Source of the DNA: Batkoa obscura
Taxonomy: Eukaryota
Direction of reading: 5' to 3'
Assembly: GCA_030770535.1 (NCBI GenBank)
Contig: JASVEC010000015.1
Span: forward strand, 930,001 to 994,000
Length of the DNA stretch: 64,000 bases
The position numbers and the translations under genes were made by a program. Below the pieces are notes generated by a model. The model was not told the DNA's origin and did no database searches. It worked only from the letters and a program-made list of their open reading frames with translations. Position 1 is the first letter of the stretch. Every line of letters begins with the position of its first letter. Below are positions 34,573 to 46,300 of this stretch, piece by piece.

Positions 34573-36660
34573 AATTATGGTTTGTTTGGTAAGCAAATAA
34601 TGGTTGTAATAATAATTTTTATAAATTATTAAAATTCAATTAAATGTTCATGGTTCAAGGGAGTATATATATGTTTTCTAGTTACTAGTTCAATAAATGG
34701 TATTATTTATTAATGCAATCATTTGATTTTTATACTAAGGTTAAGATAGTTAGAATTATATGTAGTATTACCGAATAAAGAATGCAGGTAGTAAAATAGT
34801 TATAACTTATCAGCTGAACCTATGACCAAGTCACATTTCAGGGTCTTATGATTTGTAATGGAAGCCAGGAAATAACTTCCAATCAAATGCCTTATTTAGA
34901 TTGACAATGTAATTTTATTGGTATCAATAACTCGGAAACCCTTAAATCTAATCCAAATTTGATATATAGCCTTATGATCTTGAAAGTTAAATTCAAATGA
35001 TACTTCATCTCATATATTTATCTTTTGATTAGGCTTACTATATTTATATTAATGTATTAAAGCAATTAAGGTGCATTCTAGATACATTATCTTTAATAAA
35101 CTTTGTAGATAGAACATTTAATTTTTATTGAGATAAAAAGAAGAATAACAAAAATAATGCAAAATAAAGAAGATACTGAACAGTAAAACTACAAGAATGT
35201 TTTAAAGCATTTAGTTATAATAATTTTTGTATTTTAAATAAAACTTATTAATAAATGTCCAAACCCTGAAAAAGAGAAGTTAATCACTTTCGGAGCAATA
35301 AGGAGCATTTGAGAACAGGTAAATATCGCCTTAATGATTGCTGGTAATTTTATTAGCTTAAATAGAAAGTTTAGTAAATTTAGGCATTTTATTTGGTAAA
35401 ATCACCTTCTTTTTTAACATTTTTATTCTTTTATTATCAGCTTTTATTGTCAGCTGAAAATCAAACTTTTAAAGTTGTTAAACCTCCATTTTATGATTTA
35501 GCTATGGTTTTTAATTGATGCAACCTTTTTCCACTAAAAGCCTGTTTTTTGTTAAAAAAACAGATTCTACACACACTTTGAAATGTTATAATACTTAAGT
35601 TTAAAGCTTTTCTACCATAGTGTACTAGTATATTACTTTATGAAATATACTAAGTTTTAATAATTACATTAAAAATAATTAATTACAACAGCGTTATTAT
35701 ATCTAATTTAATATAACAATTTAACTAATTTTTTAAAAAGCTGTAACATTTTAGGGATAATATATTAAATTATCATCAATTTTTACTTATATAATCATTG
35801 GGTTGAAAATCTGCTTTATATTTTTGTTGTTATAAATTATAAATGTTTCATTAATTTCATAATAAAGTTTTATACCTCGGTACTAAAAACAAACGCAATA
35901 GCATTACCAGAACTTAAAAGGATAGCAATTAGCTAATCCCTTCAATTTTTATTTAGAATTAATCTTAGTTACCAGTTTTACATACCTCAATAAACTCGTT
36001 TCTCGTTTTATTACAATTTAAATAAGGAAAGTTGAACTGTAGTTTCTTTATTTACTTTATTACTGTTTATCTAAAAATTAGAAGCCTATATTTCTTATAA
36101 CTCGGATTTTGAATGTACTGAGAAAAATAACTGTTCTAGCATATATATATTATTTATTATGATCAATTGTAGATTTTTAAACTATTATTACAATTATGGA
36201 CCTATACTATAGACCATATCACCCTAAGCCATATTGATTTTTACATGTCAGTCTTTGAAAAATAGGTAAGGCATAGAGATATAAAATCATATAAACTTCG
36301 AAAATAAATCATTGAAAATAATACTCTCATGCAATAAAACCGAGGGAATATAACCTATTTTTAAACACAGCTTTTTATTTAAAGGTATTTAAAAGTATTT
36401 AAAAATAGTGGTATTGACTGCACAAATAAGAATATAGCTATAGAAAGATCAAATATTGCCACTTAAATTCAAAAAGTAGCTTTTATGAAAATCAAATAAG
36501 ATTAGGTGTTTTGATATATGAATTTTAATACTCATATCAAATTTTTTAAAGTATGAATGCCTTTCATAGATATTCATGGTTTTTTTAGTTGAAAGAATAA
36601 TTAGGTTATTGGATGCAATAGCAAATTTTTTGTGTACATAAATAAACAAAAACATTTTAA

Positions 36661-36761
36661 CCCTTTAGGTACAAGATATCTCAAAAAAATTTGATTTGAA
36701 TCATGACTTTTAATCGATTTTGTCAATTGAATCAGTTTTAAAGCTCAATATACCCAAAGGG
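36661..36761. mobile_element. piggyBac-like MITE (101 bp)
   Basis: TTAA|ccctttaggta ... tacccaaaggg|TTAA: 11-bp TIR with one mismatch, CCC/GGG ends, TTAA on both sides. Confidence 0.7.
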
Positions 36762-37024
36762 TTAATTAGATTTAATCCGTGCGGGTAATGGTTGTCTACA
36801 GTGCTCAAACAGTTGAAAATTGTAATCTAAATGCTCATTATTAATTATATGTATAAAATTATGGTCATTTATGAAAGGCTTATACAATAAATCATTTCAA
36901 TCTACTAAAATACGAAGCTAGTACATAAAACAAGCCAATTAAAAGCATTCAAATTGAGATTAAATCGTATTCAAAAGCTATTAAATCAGCAATAAAATTA
37001 TTTGTTTCCTCAATTATAAATGAG

Positions 37025-40000
37025 ATGGGTAAAAATAAAGTAATATATAAAATGAAGTTACATGTATTAATATATTAAACATTCACTATATTAGTATACT
37101 AAAAAGAAGAACCTACCAAATTTAATAAGCCCTTTACAAACCCCATTGGAGAAAAATGATTCTCACGATACTACCGAAAATTGGATCAACCCATTATTAG
37201 ATAATAGCAGACATAAACTTAAAAAGAGAGATGTGAATAATATTTCAAATTTAAAAGAAGACAAAACTAATAATGATGTTTCTAAAACAAGCTCAAGAAG
37301 CAACACAACACCTAAAAAGAAAAGAGTGACTACTTCTTTTAATACCAAGAATGTATTAGATGGACTTTATGCAGGGACAGATGATGATAGTGGATTATTT
37401 GGAAATCATAAATTAAATAGTTCAAAAGGTAGTGGGAAAGGTTTTGGCTCAAACAGTGAAACTAGTATCCTGAAAGACATTGGATCTTCATTGGGTATAG
37501 TTAAAGTTAAGGAAGAAGAAAAAGAAGTTTCATTGGGAGAGAATCAAGATAAACCAAATCATATAACTACCCCCAGAACTAATAATATAAGAAGCTCTGA
37601 GACTCCAAGTATTTCTAGAGTCAGTAATACAAGAAGTTATGAAACTCAAAGTATAAACGAACTTCAGGAAAAAATCACTGATAAGAAGTTACAGGCTATT
37701 AAACATTTTCATTTTAATGTTATGACACCTATAACAAATAACTCAAGCATATCTGAACAAGTTGGAAATATATCAGAAACAAATGATATATCGAGCGAAA
37801 AGTCTTTAACTGGAACTAGTACTCCTACTATAAGCTTAAAAGAGAGACTTAATGGTAAGCCTAAAGATATGAGTTATTTTAGTACTAATAATATATCACT
37901 CACAGTTAAGAAAATAGGCTCTAAAATAAAAATAGTAAAAAAGAAGGAAGCTATAACCAACATCAATGATGATACAGCACTAGCTGTTACCGAGAAAAAA
38001 GAATATAAAAAAAGAGGGAGACCAAGGAAACGAGATTTAGCTAGTAACAATGTTTCAAATCTAAATTCACCTGCTTTTAGTGGGAATGATTCTTTTCAAG
38101 ATGCTTATTATTTACAAAGGTCCATCAATGGCCTTAGCCAAGAAGTCAACTTAAATGAACAGGGTCAGGAATCTAGTTCGGAATCTCAACAGCACCCTAA
38201 TTTTATAAATGTTAGACCAAGGAATGATATTAAAAATAACACAACCAAAGATGATCAAAGTGTAAGGTATACTACTGTAGACTCAAACAGTGGTGAATTT
38301 AGTCTAGAAAGCCATGGTAATTCGAGTCAAAGAACTAATAATGAAATTTTAAACATAAAATCAGTTTCACAAATAGAGATGGTTAAAAATAAGAGAATAA
38401 AAAAGAATAAAAAGGGATTAAATGAGCAAAATATTCATAATAATACTAACAGTAATGACCAAGGTTTAACCGATCAGTATAGTTCCAGTATTACAGAGCA
38501 AGAACAAAATATAGACAATAATAATACAAACAATAGAAAAATGCGTCTAAGTGAAATCAAAGATGGGAAATTAGAATCCGCTAGGTATGCAATTCGTTCC
38601 AAAAATGCCAAGAAAGCAAATTTAAAGTCAAAGCATAAGGATATAAATAATGGTAACAAAAGTAATGTTATTAAGCAGGAGCCTTATGATGAAGAATTAA
38701 ATGACTCAAATAATCAAATACAACCAGCCTTAATCAAAATAGAAAAACAAGGTGTTTTATTACAAAATAGTACTCAAAATAATGAAATTGTAATAGCTGA
38801 TAATTCTATTAATCGAGATCAATCTCAAGCAGTTGAAAGCAATATAATCAATACTGGCAATGATCAAGATTTTCATACAAATAATGAAGCTATACTAGAG
38901 CAACATTCATCTAGTAAAGAAACAGAAGAAAAAGAGGATGAAATTTATGATTCAATTGAAAAAGAAATTGTAATTGAAAAGGAGTATACATTAGAAAATG
39001 AACTTAAAACCATTAAAACTTTCGTAACAGATGATGAAGCGATGAGCAATGAATTATTCATTGAAAATCAAGAATTTATACTCACTCAGAAAATAAATTA
39101 TTTTAGTGGTGGTGAAGCACAAAATGAAAAAGACAACTCAGCGGGGCAAGAAGAAGCAGATTCTGAAAAAGAAGAGGATTTGGTAGAGCGAGGGGATTCC
39201 GAAAAAGAAAACAATTTACCAAATCAACAAGTACATAATAGGGTTCAGAATAAAGAAGAGCAAAGTGAAGAAAATCAACGGGTAGAAGAAGAAAAATGTC
39301 AAAAAGTAGAAAATTTAATAAATCAAGAAAAAAGCTCAGAAGATGAGAGAAATTCAGTAAATCAAGAAGGCTCAGAAGATGAAGAAAATTTCATAAATCA
39401 AGAAAAAGATATTAATTTAAAAAAGAAACTTACTTATGTTATCAATTCACTTTCATGTTATCCAACTATTTATTGTATTATGGAAAATAGTGGAAGGAGC
39501 CGAGGTATGATATCTATTGAAAGGGACGTACATAATGGGAAATATAAAAGTGTTAAAGGATTAATTCAAGATATTGATCAATTATTATATGAAACAAAAA
39601 AGAATTGTGATAAAAAAGGTGCTATGAAAAAAGATTTGTTTGATGCTATTGGTACCAATTATGGTGCAATGCAAGTAATTCAAGAAGACGTTGAATAGTA
39701 TGTTATTATTATTATTTATTCCAGATAATGAATTGAATATTTTTAATAGTAAAGATGAAATGGAATTTGATAAAATTGAAGCACCTAAAGAAAAGATAAA
39801 AGAATTACAAAAACTAGATTATTCTGCTAAAAGGTAATTAATAGCTAATAGGAATAAATAATAATGTATTCACAGTTATTTTAGTATCAATATTTATTAC
39901 ATGAAGATTGGAGATCATAATAAAACATTTCGATTTCAAGAACCAACTCGTACACAGTATCATGGTTTAAATCAACATATATTTGATTTGATTGATCAAT

Positions 40001-40404
40001 CCAATATAAATTCAGACATTCAATTTACTAACGAAAAAGCCCCCATTATCAAATTATACTCTATTAAAAATCGAAGTAAACTAGAGGCATGCGCGAAATC
40101 AAGTAACTCACTTACAATTGTAGAAATATTTTATGGTGAAAAAGAAAGTATTTATTCAATGGTAATTAAACCCATTGGAAATTCATTCAATGTTAATAAC
40201 ACAATTATGTTAACTTTGGATTCCCCAAAGGCCTGGATTTATGGAGCTGTGTTAGCTATTTATAAATTAAAAGATTTCAATGTCAATAAAACTCATACTC
40301 ATTTAGCTAACTTTTTTACACCTATTTTGTTAGCAAAGATAAAAAAGAATACAAAAAGAGTAGAAGATATTGTTCATAGATTTTGTGAAGATAGGAAAAG
40401 GTAA
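37025..40404 (+). CDS. Large low-complexity nuclear protein with an AT-hook; globular C-terminus of unknown family
   Basis: Predicted exon 1 MGKNK (37025-37039) splices in frame to the 850-aa ORF. Two short introns (about 39698-39749 and 39833-39883) join the 167-aa ORF. KKRGRPRKR AT-hook; PKKKRV NLS. Confidence 0.75.
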
Positions 40405-40641
40405 TATGAAATTACAGTTGTGAGTGTAAAAGTGGTATTAATTATGATTGGAGTTAATGAATATTGAGTATGTTATTATTTACTTTATTAATTGTTGTTA
40501 GTTGGATTCTATTTTTTAGATTGGGTAGATTATTATTGGTTGAAACTCAAATTCCCCTTAAAATTTAATAAGTATTAAAAATTTAAAAACTGAAAAAATT
40601 AGTTTTAGTTTTTTATTTTTTATTTTCAAATATTTTATTCA

Positions 40642-41181
40642 ATGGTAAATAAATATAATAAATATACACAATAAATTAATATAATAAATATACATAATAA
40701 ATTAATACAATAAATAAATATATATGAATAAAAAATTATTTAGGAAGAACAAATACATAATCAATTGAATATAATTAAAGGAATTGAACAAGAAGCTAGT
40801 TATTTAAGTCAAAGTTTTGAAACAATGAAAAAAGAACTAAGTTTACAATTAAAAGAAGTAAAGTTTATTAATATTAAATATTATTAATATGAAATTAATT
40901 GATAATGATTTTAGTATACACAATTAAGTTTAAGTACAGTGGAATTATATAATGAAGCTTGTTTTGAATTAAAACAGAAAATGGAAGCTTCTATTATAGA
41001 AATGAAACAATTAATATCAAAAGTTGAAGTCATTGAAAAAGAGATGGGAGTCATTGATAAGTTATTAGATCAAAGGTAAATTACTATTTTATTTTAAATA
41101 TTAATAATTCTTTTAAAATGTAAAATTAGTAAAAAAATTAATAAAAATTTGGATACTTTAGAAGCTATATTAAAATACTAA
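40642..41181 (+). CDS. BORCS6: BORC subunit 6 (lyspersin/DUF2365)-like coiled-coil protein, 4 exons (absent from the ORF track)
   Basis: Spliced M|EEQIHNQLNIIKGIEQEASYLSQSFETMKKELSLQLKE|YTQLSLSTVELYNEACFELKQKMEASIIEMKQLISKVEVIEKEMGVIDKLLDQS|KKINKNLDTLEAILKY*. The pattern resembles the BORCS6 C-terminal domain. Confidence 0.65.
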
Positions 41182-41224
41182 TTTATTAATTTATTAAAAA
41201 AAATAAATCAATTATTATTTTCAT

Positions 41225-42242
41225 TTATTTTACTTGATACTTGATTTTTGCAAAATAATGAAACACTTGTGGAACGAGATGATACAGTGGGATGAGATAA
41301 TTATAAATCTTTGGTAAAAATACTAAATCCATACAATTATCCGACATCAATATCATTTTTTCTGCAACCACTGCAGCACTTAATCCTCTATTTTTAGGTT
41401 TATTTTTAGTCAATTTTACATCCACTGCTTTTTCCCTTAACCCAGTATTAATTGAACCAGAACATAATATCCCAACTTGAATATTATTAACTTCTAATTT
41501 CAAGGAATTAAAAAAACCCATCAAAGCAAACTTAGAACCACAATAAAAACTTCTAGTAGGCGCAGGCAACACCCCCCCTAAGGAAGAATTAATTAAAATG
41601 GTACCCATAATACTATTTTGTACTAAGTTGATGAATAATCCAGTTAATAGAATATAAGATCTATAGTTGATATCTAAAATACTATCTAAAGGTTGAAGAT
41701 TAGACATTGTTTTTTCAGGGGAGAAATCATTGTTATTTTCAATAATTATATCTTGAAAAAAACTACTAGATAATATGCCAGCATTGAAAATTAAAGTATC
41801 TACAAAATCCCAATCTTCACTCACTTTTTCAACTAAATGAATACATTGTTTAGTATCACTTATATCACATGATATAATTTTTATTAATTGCGAATCTCTC
41901 TTTTTTATTGAAATTAATTCACTTTTTAAATTATTTAAATTAACTTTGTTTCTAGCTACTAAGATTAAATCCGCTCCTCTTGTAGTATATTTAATGGCTT
42001 TTATAAAAAAACATTAATCCAATTTAGTTGTTTATTTTAAAAATAACAAAGTTACCTAACTCTTTTCCTACTCCTTCACTAGCCCCAATGATTACTACTT
42101 TTTCATTAATGAATGTTATCTTCTTTCTTTTTTGAATTTTTTGATGTTGAATATATTTATTGATAATAAAAACAAGAATGATTAGTAATAGTAAACTATA
42201 AACTAATAATAATAATAGATTATTGATTATAGTGAGTATCAT
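41225..42242 (-). CDS. Membrane-anchored short-chain dehydrogenase/reductase (DHRS7-like), 1 intron
   Basis: N-terminal TM, VVIIGASEGVGKELA, FNAG, NSSLGG, YCGSK (YxxxK). Confidence 0.92.
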
Positions 42243-42669
42243 ATTTAGCGTAATTTAATCAATTGAAATTTCAAAAGATTGAATTTTATTACAAATTTAA
42301 AAATTTCTAGCAAATTAAACTTGTAACTTAAACTTGCAATTATTTGATTTAAATTGAACTTGAAAATTAAGCATGTAATTATTCAATTTATTTTGATTCT
42401 ATAAAATGAAAATTGACTAAAATTAACTAAATTGACTAATTTCAAAATTTTAGATACTAACTTCAACCAATAATAGTTTAGATATATTTCTTTCAAGTCA
42501 TAATCTTTTATAACTTACCAAATTAAATTAACCACAAAAATTTATGACGATCGATTTAGGTCAATCAAAATATTAATTCCAATCTCAAATATTAAAAATT
42601 AAGTTCAATTAACAATAATAATATTAAGCTTCTGAAATATTGAATTTCTTTTTTCATTAATTTTATTAC

Positions 42670-43116
42670 ATGTCCTTGTTATCTATGACACCTATCAATT
42701 ACTCATTACTACATAGTACTCATGCATTAATGGCTGGTAGTTATTATCTACTACTTAGTACCTTATCTAGTCACACTGGTATGGTCATTAGTATAGACAA
42801 ATCCCTACTCCCCTCAATGACCTTACTACTCTTCTCTATTTCCTTGTTGTTAGTGGAAGCTGAGCCCATTTATCCTCGTTTACCCACCTTAATGAAACAT
42901 TTATTAATTAGTCCTATTGATTGGGGTTTATTTAGTTTATTAATGTTCTTTTGTTGGGTGTTAATATTTGATTATTCGTTTGATTATATTGATTTAAACA
43001 AATTGGAGTTTATACCAAAATTAGCTTATTTTGTATTACCTATTTATTCTTTAATGTCTTGGTTACTACTAGCATTAAAAGCCATTGGTGTTTGGAATAT
43101 TAATTCAGAGAATTAA
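42670..43116 (+). CDS. Hypothetical membrane protein (148 aa)
   Basis: Intronless ORF with about 4 hydrophobic segments and higher GC than its flanks; family not recognised. Confidence 0.55.
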   Translation: MSLLSMTPINYSLLHSTHALMAGSYYLLLSTLSSHTGMVISIDKSLLPSMTLLLFSISLLLVEAEPIYPRLPTLMKHLLISPIDWGLFSLLMFFCWVLIFDYSFDYIDLNKLEFIPKLAYFVLPIYSLMSWLLLALKAIGVWNINSEN

Positions 43117-43320
43117 CTGAATATATTATAAAAAAGATGTAAGATTTCTTTTGTAATGTTGGCATCGATGCTATTTTTTTTATTTAAAAAATAACTATTA
43201 TTTTATTTATTTTGTTCTTTTTATTAAAGTTATTATTTTTTATTTTATTTTTATTAAAAGTTTATTATCGTTTTGAGTTTTATTTTTATTATTTTTATTT
43301 TATTAATTTCCTTTTTCTCT

Positions 43321-46300
43321 CTATTCAAAATACCCTTCTAACCCTTGTAACTTGTTATTTAATTCATTGAGATCTGCTAAGGGTCCATTTTTAAACCCAT
43401 AATAATCTAAAATACTAGTAGTAGATGAATGATTTCTTTGATGATTATGAATAGAAGATTGATCAGTATAAAAATCAGTCATTTTAGGTGGTTGAAATAA
43501 TTCATTCTGTTGAAATTTGAATGAAGGTTGAATCAAATTACTATTATTTTTATGTCCAAAAGTATCAACTATTTCTTCATTAATTGTTAAGTTAGATTGT
43601 TTAAATTCTTGAGTTATATTCACTTTAATTGATTCATTTGGATTGAATTCAAATTGATTTTCTAAATATTCTAATGCTGCTTTAGATATACAAGATAATA
43701 ATTGTCTTGTACATTGTTGTTGATTTTCAGTAATTGGAACAGCCCATTTATTTTTAAGGCCATGTTTACCTTCAAATAAATTCATTAAATCTTTATCGTT
43801 AATATTATCCTCATTATTTGTATTGTTTTCATTATTTTCATTATTTTCATCGTTTTCATTATTATTATTCATTTTCTTTTCCTCTATAATTTTCCATAAT
43901 CCAAATTTATTATTATTATTGTTATTTATAAAACTATTAATACTTAATATATCTTCAATAACTTCCAAAACTTCTTCATTATAACCTCGATTAATTAGAG
44001 ATAACAATGGTAATAAAAGATCTGGTTCATCTTTTGAAAATTTAACATGATCTGGATGAACAATAGCTAATAATAATTTAATTAACTTTAATCTTCTTTT
44101 AGTAATAAATATTGGATGTTCATAGCATAAACTTTTTAATATTAATTTAATTGCTTCCTTTTCATAATCTGGAAAAAAATGTTTTCTCACTTCTTGTAAC
44201 AATTGTCTTAAACAAATTTCTTCATTACGATAGTTTTTGTTGGGAAGTTCTTGAATAATTTGATAAATTCCAAAACATTCACAACTTTCACATAATTGCA
44301 ATAATTCATCTATTGTTAAATTCAATTCATTTCTATCTGTAATATTTGTCTTTCCATCAATACTTGTAAAACTTATTAAATAAGGTAAACAATATAAGAT
44401 TATAGCCAAATAAACCTTATTAATATCTATAATTAATTCAGATAATGGCATCAATGTAAATTGGTATAATAGCTCTAATGAAATAGAAGAGGCTTTACCT
44501 GAAGAGAAACCAATTAATAATGCATCTTCAATACTTGATAGATATAATTGGTCTGGTAAAAAACCTAAAAAGATACTTAATCCATAAATATCTTTATTGT
44601 CTAATTGATTAATTGTCCATTTTAATAACTTAATATTACGTAAATATTCTAATTCATTATATGAATTTAAACTACCACATAAAAACCAAAATAGAGGTGG
44701 GGTTAATAACCATTCAGATAAAGGTATTGCTTTCAATCGAATTTCTAAAGAATTTAAGATTTCATCTACAAAATTTTGAATATCAGGTGAAAGATCAGAA
44801 ATAGTTCCTGATAATCTAGATAAAATATCAATTAATGTTTTAGGTTGTAACGGTAATGAAAAACTTCGATAAATTTTAAATGAAGCTTTAGCTACTGATC
44901 GAATAGGACAAGAAGTTGCCCAAGTAGAAGCTAAATCACACCAAGGATCCATTAAATCAGGTACATATAAAGAAAAAATTTCTATTACGTTTTGTACTAA
45001 ATTAATTAAGGGGCTACTTTCTTGAGTTTCAGTATCTAATTGAAATTGAGAATATAAACTAGATTGAGCGGAATGTTTTAATACTTCTTTCTTTTCTAAT
45101 AATTTACTGTTTAAAAAATTGGAAAAGATTCGTTCAATTTCGTCATATAATTTAGTATCTCTTTGACTACTATTTAATAATCCTAATAATAAATTAGGTA
45201 ATATGGGTTGAGCTAAATCTTGATTAGATATTGGTAATAATCCATTATCATACGCTTGGCAAGCACCTAAATGTAACAATAATGGTAAATGATTTGAGAA
45301 TGAATTTACTGCTAAGATCATATCAGATATAAATATTAATAATAATTGTCCTTTAGAATAAGCAGGTCTTTTAGTATGAGTTAAAATCATCTCATCTAAA
45401 TTAGCAATATAAAAAGGTAAGCTTAATTCTTTATATCTTTCCCAACCAAAAGAAGAATTCACTTTTTTTTTAGGTATCATAGAATTAGGTGTTAATTGTT
45501 CAATCAAAAAATCTAATAATTCTTGTGCAGTTGATGTATGACTTAAATAAACAAATATATTTTTTGTAAAAAACACTAAACTTGGATTCCTTTTTTCAAT
45601 ATTTAATTGAATTAAACATTTTACTATAGCTGGTAATGCTTTTTGATTATTGGACGAATAGAATAATTGCTTCCATAATAATTCAATTTCATTGGGATAA
45701 ATAGAGGAATATTTTACTACTAAATATAACAAATTAGTTATAATAGCATGTGAAATAGGTGTTAATTCTAATTGATTATAAGGTTCTAAACTTAATTGTA
45801 ACTCTTTCGTCCAAGAAGTTAATGATTTCAAAAGTGTTCTAACAGAGGCATCTAATACATTAGGTAATCTCATTATAATTTCCGAAAAGATTTCCAATAC
45901 TAGATCTGGATGAGTAACTGCTAATTGATCACAAATTTTAAATCGTGCATTTTCATAAATAGCTGCCAACGGATGAATAATCAATTCACTTAAATAATCT
46001 AGTTTACTATTGATATTACCTTTATCTGAAATATAATGTTGACGTAGCATTTTACAGGCCATAGTTCGAATCCTTAAACAAGAATCTCCAATTTTAAAAC
46101 AAATTAGTGCCAATTTCTTAGCAGTTGTAATTGGACAGATAGATGAACTAGTCAATATTTTTCCTAATGCTAAAAAATAAGCTTTTGTAGATTCTTGTAG
46201 TGGATCCCCTGCATAACAATGATGTAATACCTTTTCAAATAATAATGGATGATCTAAATTATAATTTAATAAATTTCCTAATCCTAATTTAGCAATTGGA

